Assembly: GCA_965215335.1 (NCBI GenBank)
Contig: CBDCDA010000001.1
Location: 864,001-928,000, forward strand
Length of the DNA stretch: 64,000 nt
Reading direction: 5' to 3'
Origin: an uncultured Candidatus Entotheonella sp.
GTDB taxonomy: Bacteria > Tectomicrobia > Entotheonellia > Entotheonellales > Entotheonellaceae
Shown here: positions 1 through 11,710 of the stretch, one piece after another
Numbering within the stretch: position 1 is the stretch's first letter
Layout: each line of letters opens with the position of its first letter
Notes under the pieces: generated by a model
Seen by the model: only the letters and a program-made list of their open reading frames with translations
Told to the model about the DNA's origin: nothing
Databases searched by the model: none
Position numbers and translations under genes: made by a program

Positions 1-1066
1 CGCGACGCTGAAGGCGGACTGGTTCGAGGGTATCCCGGACAGCGGTAGCGACGAGACGTTCGCGCGCCTGCCGAGCCTGCGCGTGGAGCAGTTCCTGACC
101 CCGCTGCCGGGGCTGGCGTACTTCTCGGTGAGCGCTGGCGTCGACCGGATGCGGGCGTCGAACGTGCGCGACAACGCCGTTGTGCAGCGCTTCGACCTGT
201 TTCCGCAAATCAGCATGCCGCTACGGCTGGCGCCGTGGTTACAGGTCACCGGCAGCGGCGGGCTGCGGCAGACGTTTTATGTGCCCGATGAGGCAGCGGA
301 AGGCGAGATGTCCAGAACGGTTGTCGACGTGCGCGCCAGTGTGGAAGGACCCGCCTGGCAGCGGCGCTATGCGGTCAGCGGCGACAGCGTCCTGATTCAC
401 CTGCTGGCGACGCGGCTGGATTATCGATACGTGCCCGAGGTGGATCAGGACGACCTGCCGGCATACGAAACCCTCGACGAACGTGAACATTTCCTCGACC
501 CGCTGGAAACGCTGACCCTGCTCGACCGCGTCGGCCCGGCGAACTACGTCAAGCTGAGGCTGGCCAATCGCTTCTTCGTCCGCGATGACTCGCGGCAGAT
601 ACGCGAGGCGGCCCATCTGATCATCGCCCAGGGCTTTAACCTGGGACACGACGGGCCCGCTCAACGCGCCGGAGAACTTGGGCCGCTGGACATCGACATC
701 GGCGTGCGCCTGTGGCAGATCTGGAGTCTGGAATCGGTGCTGCGCATAGCGCCGGAGACGAGTGAATTGCAGACGGGCAACTGGCGGGTCGCCGCCAATC
801 TGCCGCGTGGCAGCTCACTTTTCGTCCAGGCCAATTACCACCGAAATCCAGAGGCGCTCTACGTCATCGGCGGCACGCAGGTGACGGTGCTGAAGGGCCT
901 TACGGCGGGTTACAACACACGTTACGACGCCTCGCGGGGACAGGTTCGCGAACACGTCGCCATCCTGAGTTACCGGGCGCAATGCTGGAGCATCGACGGC
1001 AACCTGCTCCTGCGCCACAACGGCGACAAGTTGTTCCAGGTGAGAGCGGACCTCTTGTATTTCTGA
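1..1066 (+). CDS. lptD: LPS-assembly outer-membrane protein LptD-like, 5'-partial
   Basis: Frame open from the window edge; beta-strand-rich; C-terminal 'YRAQCWSI...FQVRADLLYF' typical of LptD; directly upstream of msbA. Confidence 0.6.
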   Translation, partial: ATLKADWFEGIPDSGSDETFARLPSLRVEQFLTPLPGLAYFSVSAGVDRMRASNVRDNAVVQRFDLFPQISMPLRLAPWLQVTGSGGLRQTFYVPDEAAEGEMSRTVVDVRASVEGPAWQRRYAVSGDSVLIHLLATRLDYRYVPEVDQDDLPAYETLDEREHFLDPLETLTLLDRVGPANYVKLRLANRFFVRDDSRQIREAAHLIIAQGFNLGHDGPAQRAGELGPLDIDIGVRLWQIWSLESVLRIAPETSELQTGNWRVAANLPRGSSLFVQANYHRNPEALYVIGGTQVTVLKGLTAGYNTRYDASRGQVREHVAILSYRAQCWSIDGNLLLRHNGDKLFQVRADLLYF

Positions 1067-1077
1067 ATGGACGACAA

Positions 1078-2826
1078 TTGACGACCCTGTACCGTCGCCT
1101 TCTGACATACGTCTATCCCTACCGGCCCAGCCTGGTGGCGGCGATTCTGTGCAGTGTGGCGCTGTCGGCCACGACGGGGTATGCGGCGCTGCTGGTAAAG
1201 CCGATTCTGGACGAGATTTTCGTGGCGCGCGACACCACGCGGCTGGTGTTCTTCCCGCTGCTGGTGGTGTTGCTGTACGTCGCACGGGGATTCCTGCTGT
1301 ACGGCCAAACTTACCTGATGCGGGCGGTCGGGCAGCGGGTCATCCGCGACCTGCGGCAGGGAATGTTCGCGCACCTGCAGGGCCTGCCGATGACGTATTT
1401 TAATCGCCAGCATACCGGGGTGCTGATGTCGCAGATCATGCACGACGTCACGCTGATCGAGCGCGCCGTCACCGAGGCGGTGTCCATCACGTTGCGGCAG
1501 GGGCTGACCCTGCTGGCGCTGATCGGTGTGGCCATCTACCGCGACTGGGTGCTGGCGCTGTGGGCGCTGCTGGCGCTGCCGTTTGCCTGCCTCTGCATCG
1601 TGCAGCTCGGGCGCGCCCTGCGGCGGCTGAGCCGGCAGGCGCAGGAGCACGTCGGGGCCCTGAATGCGCTGGTGGCGGAGGTGCTGGGCAATATCCGGGT
1701 GGTCAAAGGCTTTGGACGCGAAGGCTACGAAAACACACGCTTCCAGCGCGGCAACGAGGCGTACTGCGACGTCATGCTGCGGGCGGTGCGCACCGACGAG
1801 ATGCGCTCGCCGATCATGGAGTTTCTGGCCGCGGTGGGGGTTGCGGCGGTGATCTGGTACGGTGGCTCACGGGTGATTGCCGGCACGACGACGCCGGGCA
1901 CGTTCTTTTCGTTTCTGACGGCCATCTTCATGATTTACGAGCCGGTGCGGCGGTTGAGCCGCATCAACAGCACCATCCAGAACGCCCTGGCCGCGGCGGG
2001 ACGGGTGTTTGGTCTGCTGGACACGCCGGGCGAGGCAGCGGAAGAAAGCCGCAAGCCGGCGTTGCCGCCGATTCGACACGGACTGACGTTCAACAACGTG
2101 TCGATGCGCTACGACCCCGGTGCGGCTCTGGCGCTCGACGACGTGTCACTGGAGGTATCGGCGGGCAGCGTCGTGGCCCTGGTCGGGGCGAGCGGCGCCG
2201 GCAAGACGTCGCTGGTGCACCTGATCCCGCGTTTTTACGAGCCGGAAAGCGGCTGCATCAGCATCGACGGGCAGGATATTCAGACGGTGTCCCTGGCGTC
2301 GCTGCGGGCGCAGATCGGTATCGTCTCGCAGGACGTCATCCTGTTCGACGACACCGTGCGGCGCAACATCCTGTACGGCAACCCGCAAGCCGACGACGAG
2401 CAGGTCATGGCGGCGGCCCACGCAGCCTACGCGCACGATTTCGTGATGCAACTGCCGGGCGGTTACGACACGATGGTCGGCGAACGCGGCGTCAAATTCT
2501 CCAGCGGCGAAAAGCAGCGCCTGGCGATCGCCCGCGCCCTGCTGCGCGACGCCCCGATCCTCATTCTCGACGAGGCCACCTCCGCGCTCGACAGCGCCGC
2601 CGAGCGCATGGTGCAGCACGCCCTCGAAAACCTCATGCAAGATCGCACCACCTTCGTCATCGCCCACCGCCTCTCCACCGTCCGTCACGCCGACCTCATC
2701 GTCGTCCTGCACGAAGGCCGTATCGTCGAACGCGGCTGCCACGACGACCTCATCGCCGCGTCCGGCCCTTACCGCCGCCTGCACGACCTGCAATTCCGGA
2801 CGCAGGCGCTGGCGTCGGACGGCTGA
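1078..2826 (+). CDS. msbA: Lipid A/ABC exporter, fused TM and ATPase domains (MsbA-like)
   Basis: Walker A GASGAGKT, signature FSSGEKQR, ILDEATSALD, IAHRLST; TTG start at 1078 inferred. Confidence 0.85.
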   Translation: MTTLYRRLLTYVYPYRPSLVAAILCSVALSATTGYAALLVKPILDEIFVARDTTRLVFFPLLVVLLYVARGFLLYGQTYLMRAVGQRVIRDLRQGMFAHLQGLPMTYFNRQHTGVLMSQIMHDVTLIERAVTEAVSITLRQGLTLLALIGVAIYRDWVLALWALLALPFACLCIVQLGRALRRLSRQAQEHVGALNALVAEVLGNIRVVKGFGREGYENTRFQRGNEAYCDVMLRAVRTDEMRSPIMEFLAAVGVAAVIWYGGSRVIAGTTTPGTFFSFLTAIFMIYEPVRRLSRINSTIQNALAAAGRVFGLLDTPGEAAEESRKPALPPIRHGLTFNNVSMRYDPGAALALDDVSLEVSAGSVVALVGASGAGKTSLVHLIPRFYEPESGCISIDGQDIQTVSLASLRAQIGIVSQDVILFDDTVRRNILYGNPQADDEQVMAAAHAAYAHDFVMQLPGGYDTMVGERGVKFSSGEKQRLAIARALLRDAPILILDEATSALDSAAERMVQHALENLMQDRTTFVIAHRLSTVRHADLIVVLHEGRIVERGCHDDLIAASGPYRRLHDLQFRTQALASDG

Positions 2827-2839
2827 CAAGGAGAAGGCG

Positions 2840-3856
2840 ATGACATTGCAGGACTTGCGTTACGTCGTCACGTTGGCGGAGGCCCGGAATTTCGCGCGCG
2901 CCGCGAAAGCCTGCTACGTCAGCCAGCCGACGTTGAGCACCCAGATCAAGAAGCTCGAAGACGAGTTGGGCCTGGCCCTGTTCGAGCGCACCAACAAGCG
3001 CGTCATGCCCACGCCGGCGGGGTTCGAGTTGATCGCGCAGGCGCGGGTGGTGTTGGAGGAAGCGGAGAAGCTTCGGCAGATGGCGCAACAGGCCCTCGAT
3101 CCAATGGCCGGGCCGCTGCGCCTCGGCGTCATCCCCACCTTGGGGCCGTATCTCCTGCCCCACCTTGTACCCCAGTTGCGTGCGGATTATCCGCGCTTGA
3201 GCTTGTATCTCCGGGAGGATCTGACCGCCAATCTGATCAAGCGGCTACGTGCCGGTTCGCTGGATGCGATCCTGCTGGCATTGCCTGTTCGGACCGATGG
3301 ATTGGAACTCATCGAGCTGTTCCGGGAACCGTTTGTGATGGCACTGCCAAAGGACAGCCCGCTGGCCGGCAAGTCGGAGGTGATGGAGACGGACCTGATG
3401 GGGGTGCCGCTGCTGCTGCTCGAAGACGGGCATTGTCTGCGTGATCAGGCTCTGGCGGTCTGCGGCTTGCCGCAACCGCGGGGCACCGAGGATTTCCGCG
3501 CCAGCAGCCTGGAAACGCTGCGGCAGATGGTGGCAGCTGGCGTAGGCTGCACGCTCCTGCCGGCGCTGGCCGCTGCCACCGTGGGAACGGGCGGGACGAA
3601 GCTTGCCAGCGAGAGGCTGATCGAATTGCGTTCCTTCGTGGCCCCGGTCCCCTATCGCACGATTGGCCTGGCCGCGCGACGCGGTTTTCCCCGCATGGAA
3701 ATGGTGCGGGCGTTCGCCGAGTTGATCAAACGCCAAGCGCCTCACGGCGTGGCGTTGATCGCGTCATCGGGAACGCCCGCAGCGTCCGGCGCTGGGACAC
3801 CGGACGACACGCCAGGCCGAGGTCAGGGAGGTCTGATGAAGTCCCGCCGATGCTAA
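2840..3856 (+). CDS. oxyR: LysR-family H2O2 sensor OxyR
   Basis: LysR HTH 'CYVSQPTLSTQIKKLE'; 'LLEDGHCLRDQALAVC' with both redox cysteines; adjacent catalase. Confidence 0.9.
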   Translation: MTLQDLRYVVTLAEARNFARAAKACYVSQPTLSTQIKKLEDELGLALFERTNKRVMPTPAGFELIAQARVVLEEAEKLRQMAQQALDPMAGPLRLGVIPTLGPYLLPHLVPQLRADYPRLSLYLREDLTANLIKRLRAGSLDAILLALPVRTDGLELIELFREPFVMALPKDSPLAGKSEVMETDLMGVPLLLLEDGHCLRDQALAVCGLPQPRGTEDFRASSLETLRQMVAAGVGCTLLPALAAATVGTGGTKLASERLIELRSFVAPVPYRTIGLAARRGFPRMEMVRAFAELIKRQAPHGVALIASSGTPAASGAGTPDDTPGRGQGGLMKSRRC

Positions 3857-3986
3857 CCCGCCGGCCAATTCGCCTTACCCCGGTGGAGAGATCAGTTGCC
3901 CCGGGCCAAGGGGCCGGGATACCCAACAGGAGTCATCGGCTGTTCATACGGAACCCGGTCGCGTTTTGGCGACCGCTCGGACCTCC

Positions 3987-5474
3987 CTAGACCAGGGCCA
4001 TGGCATCCGCAAGCCTGGATTCGACTTCCGTCATGTCCAGCCCGATTTCTTTAGCCACCCCCCAGCCGTAGTCGATGTCCGCCCGGAAGAAATGGCAGAG
4101 CTGGCGCATCTGGATATCCGGCCTTGCCTGCCCGAGGGCACCGGCGATGGCCTTGTGCAGCCGCTCCTGCTCGTCCGGCGGCATGAGGCGGTAGAGATTG
4201 CCCGCCTGCGTGGTGTCGTCGTGATCTTCACGCGAGTCGTAGCGGTCGATCGCGACGTCGCCTAGCGGCAACGCCGGCTCTTTGTACGCCGGGTGATCCT
4301 TCGGCGCCGTGTCGTCGCTGTTGGGGAAGTAATGGGTGGCACTGCCGCCGTGTCCCAGCGACATGAAGCCGTCGCGTTGATAGTGCATTACGGGGCAGCG
4401 CGGGCGGTTGACCGGCAGTTGCTGGTAGTTGTTGCCGACCCGGTAGCGGTGGGCGTCGGCGTAGCTCATCAGGCGCGCCTGGAGCATTTTGTCAGGGCTC
4501 CAGCCGATGCCGGGCACGGTCGCGCTGGGGCTGAACGACGCCTGCTCCACCTCGGCGAAATAATTCTCCGGGTTGCGGTTGAGTTCCAGGATGCCCACCT
4601 CGATCAGCGGAAAGTCCGCGTGCGGCCAGACCTTCGTGAGATCAAACGGATTCCACGGGAACGTCTCGGCCTGCGCCTCGGTCATGACCTGAATGCAGAA
4701 GCGCCAGCGGGGATAATCGCCGCGCTCGATGGCCTCGAAGAGGTCGCGCTGGTGCGACTCCCGATCCCGTCCCGTCAGGGCGGCCGCCTCGGCGTCGGTG
4801 AGGCACGCGATGCCCTGCAGCGTCTTGAAATGGAATTTGCACCACACCCGCTCGCCGTCCGCGTTGATCAGGCTGTACGTATGGCTGCCGTACCCGTTGA
4901 GGTGCCGGTACGACCTGGGCAGGCCGCGGTCCGAAAAGAGGATCGTCACCTGATGCAGGGATTCCGGGCACAGCGACCAGAAATCCCACTGCATGTTCAT
5001 GTCGCGCAGGTTGGTCTGCGGATGGCGCTTCTGGGTGTGGATGAACTGGGCGAACTTGTAGGGGTCACGGACGAAGAACACCGGGGTGTTGTTGCCCACC
5101 ATGTCCCAGTTGCCCTCTTCGGTGTAGAACTTCAGCGCAAAGCCCCGCACGTCGCGCTCCGCATCCGCGGCGCCGCGTTCGCCGGCCACGGTGGAAAAGC
5201 GCAGGAACGCTTCGGTTTCCTTGCCGACCCCGGAGAGAAACGCGGCGCGGGTGTAGCGCGTCACGTCGTGGGTGACCGTGAAGGTGCCGTACGCGCCGGA
5301 GCCCTTGGCGTGCACCACGCGCTCCGGGATACGCTCGCGGTTGAAATGCTGCATCTGCTCCAGGAGTTGTACGTCCTGCATGAGCAGCGGGCCGCGCGCA
5401 CCCGCGGTCAGGGCGTTTTGGTTATCGGCGATGGGCGCGCCGTCAGCCGTGGTCAGGATAGGATGTTGACTCAT
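3987..5474 (-). CDS. katA: Monofunctional heme catalase
   Basis: [15 protein letters not shown] active-site motif, [21 protein letters not shown] heme-ligand motif. Confidence 0.95.
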   Translation of the reverse strand: MSQHPILTTADGAPIADNQNALTAGARGPLLMQDVQLLEQMQHFNRERIPERVVHAKGSGAYGTFTVTHDVTRYTRAAFLSGVGKETEAFLRFSTVAGERGAADAERDVRGFALKFYTEEGNWDMVGNNTPVFFVRDPYKFAQFIHTQKRHPQTNLRDMNMQWDFWSLCPESLHQVTILFSDRGLPRSYRHLNGYGSHTYSLINADGERVWCKFHFKTLQGIACLTDAEAAALTGRDRESHQRDLFEAIERGDYPRWRFCIQVMTEAQAETFPWNPFDLTKVWPHADFPLIEVGILELNRNPENYFAEVEQASFSPSATVPGIGWSPDKMLQARLMSYADAHRYRVGNNYQQLPVNRPRCPVMHYQRDGFMSLGHGGSATHYFPNSDDTAPKDHPAYKEPALPLGDVAIDRYDSREDHDDTTQAGNLYRLMPPDEQERLHKAIAGALGQARPDIQMRQLCHFFRADIDYGWGVAKEIGLDMTEVESRLADAMALV

Positions 5475-5590
5475 GGTGTCGTCTCCTCAGTGATCGAGAA
5501 TCACGCGATTGCAAGGCCCCTGGGTGAAGCTGTCTGGGGTCGCGTTGTTGTGCTGAGGGGGAAGATAACGGTCCATCAATGATAAGTAAA

Positions 5591-5627
5591 ATACATAGTA
5601 ATAATGTATGCAATAGCTTAAAACTAT
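5591..5627. promoter_or_regulatory. Putative OxyR operator upstream of katA
   Basis: ATAC-N7-TAAT-N7-ATAG-N7-CTAT in an AT-rich patch; perfect ATAG-N7-CTAT at 5613-5627. Confidence 0.65.
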
Positions 5628-5758
5628 GAATCGAAAATCAAGAAGGAAGCCAAGAGCGTACGGGGCAGCGTTGGCGCCTGCTGAATCCGTGCATTGTGCA
5701 TGTTATCTCGCATGCAGACGTGCCGAGCGGAGAGGAATAGGAAATTCCCGACAACAAG

Positions 5759-8340
5759 TTGACAACCTTTACCGAATCCGACGTCGAATCCGCCACCCTC
5801 CTGGCTGGCGGACAGCGGCTGGCGCACCGCCCACGGCCCCGATATCGCGCCCGGCACGCCGGGCGCCGAGCGCGCCGGTTACGGCGACGTCATCCTGGCG
5901 CGGCTCCTGCGCGATGCCCTCGCCCGCCTCAACCCCGATCTGCCATCCGACACGCTGGACGACGCCTTCCGCAAGCTGACCCACCCGCCAGGAACCACGC
6001 TGGAAGCCCGCAACCGCGCGTTCCACCGCCTGACCGTGGATGGCGTGACGGTGGAATACCGGGATGCCAGCGCCGCGGTCCGTGGCGGCCAGGCCCGCGT
6101 CATCGACTTCGACGACCCCGCCAGCAACGACTGGCTGGCGGTCAACCAGTTCACCGTCGTGGAGAACCGGCGCGAGCGCCGCCCCGACGTGGTGCTGTTC
6201 GTCAACGGCCTGCCGCTGGCGGTCATCGAACTGAAAAACCCGGCCGATGAAGAGGCCACTATCTGGACTGTCTGGCAGCAGTTGCAGACCTGCAAGGCCG
6301 ACATCCCCTCCCTGTTCGTCTTCAACGCCGCGCTTGTCGTGTCGGACGGCCTCGACGCCCGTATCGGCACCCTTACCGCCGAACGGGAATGGTTCAAGCC
6401 CTGGCGCACCATCTCGGGCGAGACCCTGGCCGACCCGCGCGTGCCGCAGCTGCAGGTGATGATCGAGGGCGCCTGTGCGCCGCACCGGTTCCTGGCGCTG
6501 CTCCGCGACTTCATCGTGTTCGAGGACGACGGCAGCGGTGCTCTGGTCAAGAAGATGGCGGGCTACCACCAGTTCCACGCCGTGCAAACGGCAGTCGCCG
6601 AGACCCTGCGCGCCGCCGCGTTGCAACAACAAGTGGCGACTGTTGCCGAGACAGCGGGCCGCTACGAGTCGGGCCGCCAGGCGGGCGGCGAGCCCGGCGA
6701 CCGGCGTATCGGCGTCGTCTGGCACACCCAGGGCTCGGGCAAGAGCCTCACCATGGCCTTCCATGCCGGGCGCGTCATCCGCGCGCCGGCGATGCGCAAC
6801 CCCACCCTCGTCGTGCTGACCGACCGCAATGACCTCGATGACCAGTTGTTCAGAACCTTCTCTCGTTGCCGGGACCTGCTGCGCCAGCCCCCGGCGCAGG
6901 CGGCGAACCGCGCCGACCTGCGCGCCAGGCTGATGGTGAGCGCCGGTGGCGTGGTGTTCACCACCATTCAGAAATTCTTCCCCGAAGAGAAAGGCGACCG
7001 TCACCCGCTGCTGTCCGAGCGGCGCAACGTCGTGGTCATCGCCGACGAAGCGCACCGCAGCCAGTACGACTTCATCGACGGCTACGCGCGCCACCTGCGC
7101 GACGCCCTGCCCAACGCCTCGTTCATCGGCTTCACCGGCACCCCCATCGAACTTGCCGACGCCAGCACCCGCGCCGTGTTCGGCGACCACATCAGCGTCT
7201 ACGACATCCAGCGCGCCGTGCAGGACGGGGCGACCGTGCCGATCTACTACGAAAGCCGCCTCGCCCGGCTGGCGCTCGACGAACACGAACGCCCGGACAT
7301 CGACCCGGACTTCGAGGCGGCCACCGAGGGCGAGGAGATCGACCGCAAGGAGAAGCTCAAGACCAGGCGGGCGCAACTCGAGGCCATCGTCGGCGCCGAC
7401 AAGCGCCTGACGCTCGTCGCCGAGGATATCGTCGCGCACTTCGACCACCGCACCGAGGCCATGGACGACAAGGCGATGGTCGTCTGCATGAGCCGACGCA
7501 TCTGCATCGACCTCTATCTCGCGCTCGTGCGCCTGCGTCCCGACTGGCACGCTGACAGCGACGAGGCGGGCGCCCTGAAGGTAGTGATGACCGGCGCCGC
7601 CTCCGATCCGCCGGACTGGCAGCCCCACATCCGCGACAAGCCGCGGCGCGAGGCACTGGCAAAGCGCTTCCGCGACCCCGGCGACGCGCTGCGCATGGTG
7701 CTGGTACGCGACATGTGGCTCACCGGCTTCGACGCCCCGAGCCTGCACACCATGTACGTCGACAAGCCGATGCGCGGCCACGGCCTGATGCAGGCCGTGG
7801 CGCGGGTCAACCGCGTGTTCCGGGACAAGCCGGGCGGCCTCGCGGTCGATTACCTGGGCTTTCGCCCACGAGCTCAGGCGGGCGGTGGCGACCTACACCG
7901 AGAGCGGTGGCACGGGCGAGACCGCGATGGACCAGGCGCAGGCGGTGGCGGTGATGCGCGAGAAGCACGAAATCTGCTGCGGCCTCTTCCATGGCTTCGA
8001 CCGCGCCGCATGGATCGACGGCACGCCGGCGGCGCGGCTCGGCTTGTTGCCCGCGGCGCAGGAACACGTCCTGGCACAGGACAACGGCAAGGCGCGCTGC
8101 CTGAAGGCGGTGCGGGTGCTCGGCGACGAGACGCTGCGCGGCATCGCCCGAGAGCTGGTGGAAACGGTGCGCAACAACGTCACCATCGACTGGACCCGGC
8201 GCGAGAACGTGCGCGCCAATCTGCGGCGACGGGTCCGGCGCATCCTGCGCCAGCACGGCTACCCGCCGGACAAGCAGGAAAAGGCGACCCGGACGGTGCT
8301 GGAGCAGGCGGAGATGCTGTCCGCGGGTTGGGCGGCGTGA
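5759..8340 (+). pseudogene. hsdR: Type I restriction subunit HsdR pseudogene
   Basis: [10 protein letters not shown] start, [46 protein letters not shown]; frameshifts near 5800 and 7860; C-terminal region looks shortened near 8112; no adjacent hsdM or hsdS. Confidence 0.85.
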
Positions 8341-8469
8341 ACGAGTTGCCGGTCGGGAGGTGTCTCAGCTTGAAATTGCCGGCTCACGCCCCTGGTTGTA
8401 TCCCGAATGCCTTGACGGTAAACTAACGGCTCTTTTGATCCCTCCAACCCCAATCGGCAAGAAACTCCG

Positions 8470-10785
8470 ATGACCCTGTGGCCCTTCTCTCCGTTGCTGT
8501 GGCATACCCAGGCGGGAACGTTCCGGAGCAGTGTGACGTGGGAGGCGACGTTCCCCGTCGTGGTTGTCGTCGTCGTTGCCCTGGCCTTCGTTGCCTTGCT
8601 GGTGCGGCAGTGGTTCGACCTGGCGCCGCGCACCTCGCGGCGCGCGCGGTGGGGGCTGACGGCGCTGCGATTCGGGGCCTGCGCGCTGGTCCTGGTCATG
8701 CTGCTCAACCCTGCCCTGCTGATCCAGAAGGTGATGCTGGTCCTGCCGCGGCTGGCGGTGCTGGTGGACACCTCCGGCAGCATGGGGTTGGCCACGGACG
8801 GCGAGCGCACGCGCCTGCAAGGGGTGGTCGATTATCTGCACGATGAGCAGCGCGCGGCGCTGGACAAGCTGGCCGAGCGGTATGACATCGCCCTGTACCA
8901 GTTCGACGACACGGTGCGGATGCTGCCGCGCGACGACCTGCCGCAGGTAAAACCGGGCGGACGCCGGACGGACCTGGTCGGTGCCGTGACCCAGGTGCTC
9001 GACGACAACCGCAGCGCGCCGGGGCAGATCGGCGGCGTCATGGTGCTCAGCGACGGCGTGCATCACGGCTCGGACACCGGCCTCGGCTACCTGCGACGGG
9101 CGGGCGTGCCCGTGGTGGCCGTCGGCGTGGGCGATCTGGACACGTACCGGGACATCCGCGTCGTTGACGTGCAGGCGCCGTCGCTGACCTTTCTGCATTA
9201 CCCGGCAGACGTCACCGCCACCATCCAGGTCTGGGGCTATGCCGGCGAAACGCTGGCCGTCGTCCTGCAACGCGACGGCCGGGTCGTGGCGACGCAGCGC
9301 CTGCTGGTCGCTTCGGACGCCTCCGAGCAGCACATGATCTTCCCTTTGGAGCCGGACACGATTGGCGAATTTGCCTATACGGTCAGCATTGCCCCGCGCC
9401 TCGGCGAGGCGCTCACCGATAACAACCGCGCCGATTTTCCGCTCTCCGTCGTGCGCGACAAAATCCGCGTGCTGCTGGTGTGCGGTAGCCCCACCTGGAA
9501 TTACCGCTTCCTGCGCCAGGCCCTCAAGCTCGACCCCAGCATCGACCTGCTGTCGTTCGTCATCCTGCGCACCGCCAATGACGTGGTGAACGTGCCGGAG
9601 AGCCAGCTCAGCCTCATCCCGTTCCCCACCGAGCGGCTATTCATGCAGGAGCTGCGGAACTTCGACCTGATCATCTTCGAGAATTTCGACTCGCGGCGTT
9701 ATTTTCCGGTGACCTACCTGCAGAACGTGGCGCGCTACGTCATGGACGGTGGCGCCTTTGCGATGATCGGCGGGCCGCTGGCGTTTTCGCAGGGCGGCTA
9801 CATGGGCACGCCCATCGAGGCCATCCTGCCGGTGTCCCTGCGCCGCGAGCGTCGCGATTATCAGCAGGTCACGCACCAGTTGACGCTGACCGAGGAGGGC
9901 CGCACGCACCCGATTACGCGGCTGTCGTCGGACGACCGGGAAAACCAGCGCATCTGGGAATCCATGCCGGAACTGGACGCCCTCAACCGTGTCGGCCGCG
10001 CCAAGCCCGGCGCCACCGTCCTGGCGGTGACCAGTGAGCCTTCCGAGGACGGCCCCGGCGCGCCGCTGCTGGCCATGCAGCCCGTCGGTGAGGGCCGTAC
10101 CCTGGCGCTGATGAGCGATTACACCTGGAAGTGGAATTTTCAGCTGGCCGGCCGGATGGACTCGAATCAGTACTACCTGCAGTTCGTCCGCCAGATGGTG
10201 CGCTGGCTCATCCACGACCCTGTGCTGAAGCAGGTCCGCAGTATGGCCGACGCCCGGGGATTTCCCGTTGGCAGCGAAGTTACCGGCCTGTTTCAGGTGT
10301 TGCAGGACGATTACCGTCCCGCCACGGAGGCCGTGCTGCGCCCCACCTTGCGCACCCCGAAAGGGCGGGAGATCGCCGTGCCGTACCGCCCGACCGGTAA
10401 TCCGGGCGAATACCGCTACCGCTTCCGGGCCGAGGAGGAAGGATTGTACGAACTCGACGTGCAGGCCCGGATCATGGACAAGACGCACGAGGCCAACCGC
10501 TTGTTGCTGCCCGTTCGCCGTCCGGGCAACGAAAACCACAGCGGCGCACCGAACCACGACCTGTTGCGCGACATCGCCGACCGTACGGACGGCACCTTCT
10601 TCGCCCTGGACGACCGCGCCCGGCCCACCTTGGCCAGCCTGGCGCAGTTCTTTGGCGGCACGCCGGATTACCGTGTGCTGGAGGAGACCCGGCTGCGCTT
10701 GCGTGAATCCCTGCCGCTGTTCATGCTGCTCCTCACCGTTCTGGCCGTCGAGTGGTGGTGGCGGCGGCGCGCCGGTTTACTGTAA
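8470..10785 (+). CDS. Membrane protein with vWA (MIDAS) and glutamine-amidotransferase-like domains
   Basis: N-terminal TM helices, LVDTSGSM MIDAS, VLSDG, GGAFAMIGGPLAF, C-terminal TM ending 'EWWWRRRAGLL'. Confidence 0.7.
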   Translation: MTLWPFSPLLWHTQAGTFRSSVTWEATFPVVVVVVVALAFVALLVRQWFDLAPRTSRRARWGLTALRFGACALVLVMLLNPALLIQKVMLVLPRLAVLVDTSGSMGLATDGERTRLQGVVDYLHDEQRAALDKLAERYDIALYQFDDTVRMLPRDDLPQVKPGGRRTDLVGAVTQVLDDNRSAPGQIGGVMVLSDGVHHGSDTGLGYLRRAGVPVVAVGVGDLDTYRDIRVVDVQAPSLTFLHYPADVTATIQVWGYAGETLAVVLQRDGRVVATQRLLVASDASEQHMIFPLEPDTIGEFAYTVSIAPRLGEALTDNNRADFPLSVVRDKIRVLLVCGSPTWNYRFLRQALKLDPSIDLLSFVILRTANDVVNVPESQLSLIPFPTERLFMQELRNFDLIIFENFDSRRYFPVTYLQNVARYVMDGGAFAMIGGPLAFSQGGYMGTPIEAILPVSLRRERRDYQQVTHQLTLTEEGRTHPITRLSSDDRENQRIWESMPELDALNRVGRAKPGATVLAVTSEPSEDGPGAPLLAMQPVGEGRTLALMSDYTWKWNFQLAGRMDSNQYYLQFVRQMVRWLIHDPVLKQVRSMADARGFPVGSEVTGLFQVLQDDYRPATEAVLRPTLRTPKGREIAVPYRPTGNPGEYRYRFRAEEEGLYELDVQARIMDKTHEANRLLLPVRRPGNENHSGAPNHDLLRDIADRTDGTFFALDDRARPTLASLAQFFGGTPDYRVLEETRLRLRESLPLFMLLLTVLAVEWWWRRRAGLL

Positions 10786-10798
10786 GGATTTGGGAGAT

Positions 10799-10996
10799 AT
10801 GACACCCGAGGAAATTCAGGCTCTGCGCGAGCATACGGAAATGACCCACGTGCAGATGGCACAGCTCTTTCGCGTGCGGCCGGCGGACGTGATCGCCTGG
10901 GAAAACGGCGAGTTGGAACCCGACGAGGAGGAGTTGGAGAAGTTGCAACGGTTGTCGGCTTCCGGCGCCAAGAAGGCCCGGTTCAAGTTCAATTGA
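10799..10996 (+). CDS. Small XRE-family helix-turn-helix protein
   Basis: MTPEEIQALRE...MAQLFRVRPADVIAWENGE; GGAG RBS. Confidence 0.65.
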   Translation: MTPEEIQALREHTEMTHVQMAQLFRVRPADVIAWENGELEPDEEELEKLQRLSASGAKKARFKFN

Positions 10997-11028
10997 GTTG
11001 CAGGCCGACATTTTTTCCCTTTGAAGAA

Positions 11029-11056
11029 CATTTTTGTTGCGCTTGATACAAAAATG
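11029..11056. promoter_or_regulatory. Inverted repeat, candidate enhancer-binding-protein site
   Basis: CATTTTTGT-N10-ACAAAAATG about 100 bp upstream of the sigma-54 motif. Confidence 0.5.
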
Positions 11057-11147
11057 CCCCGAACAGGGAGGGTGTTTCCACACCCTGAGCCGCCCACAAG
11101 GCCGCCACGCCGCTCGTTTGCGAGGTGTTGGACCCTGTCGCCGTTCA

Positions 11148-11163
11148 TGGCATGGATGTTGCT
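11148..11163 (+). promoter_or_regulatory. Sigma-54 (-24/-12) promoter of glnB-glnA
   Basis: TGGCATGGATGTTGCT with correct GG-N10-GC spacing upstream of nitrogen genes. Confidence 0.75.
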
Positions 11164-11177
11164 CGCTTATTGTTTGA

Positions 11178-11654
<477 letters not shown>

Positions 11655-11710
11655 GCGATGTCGGCCGGCGCTGATTCCGTCGTTGCGCGTCAAGCAAGGA
11701 GGCAATTGTC

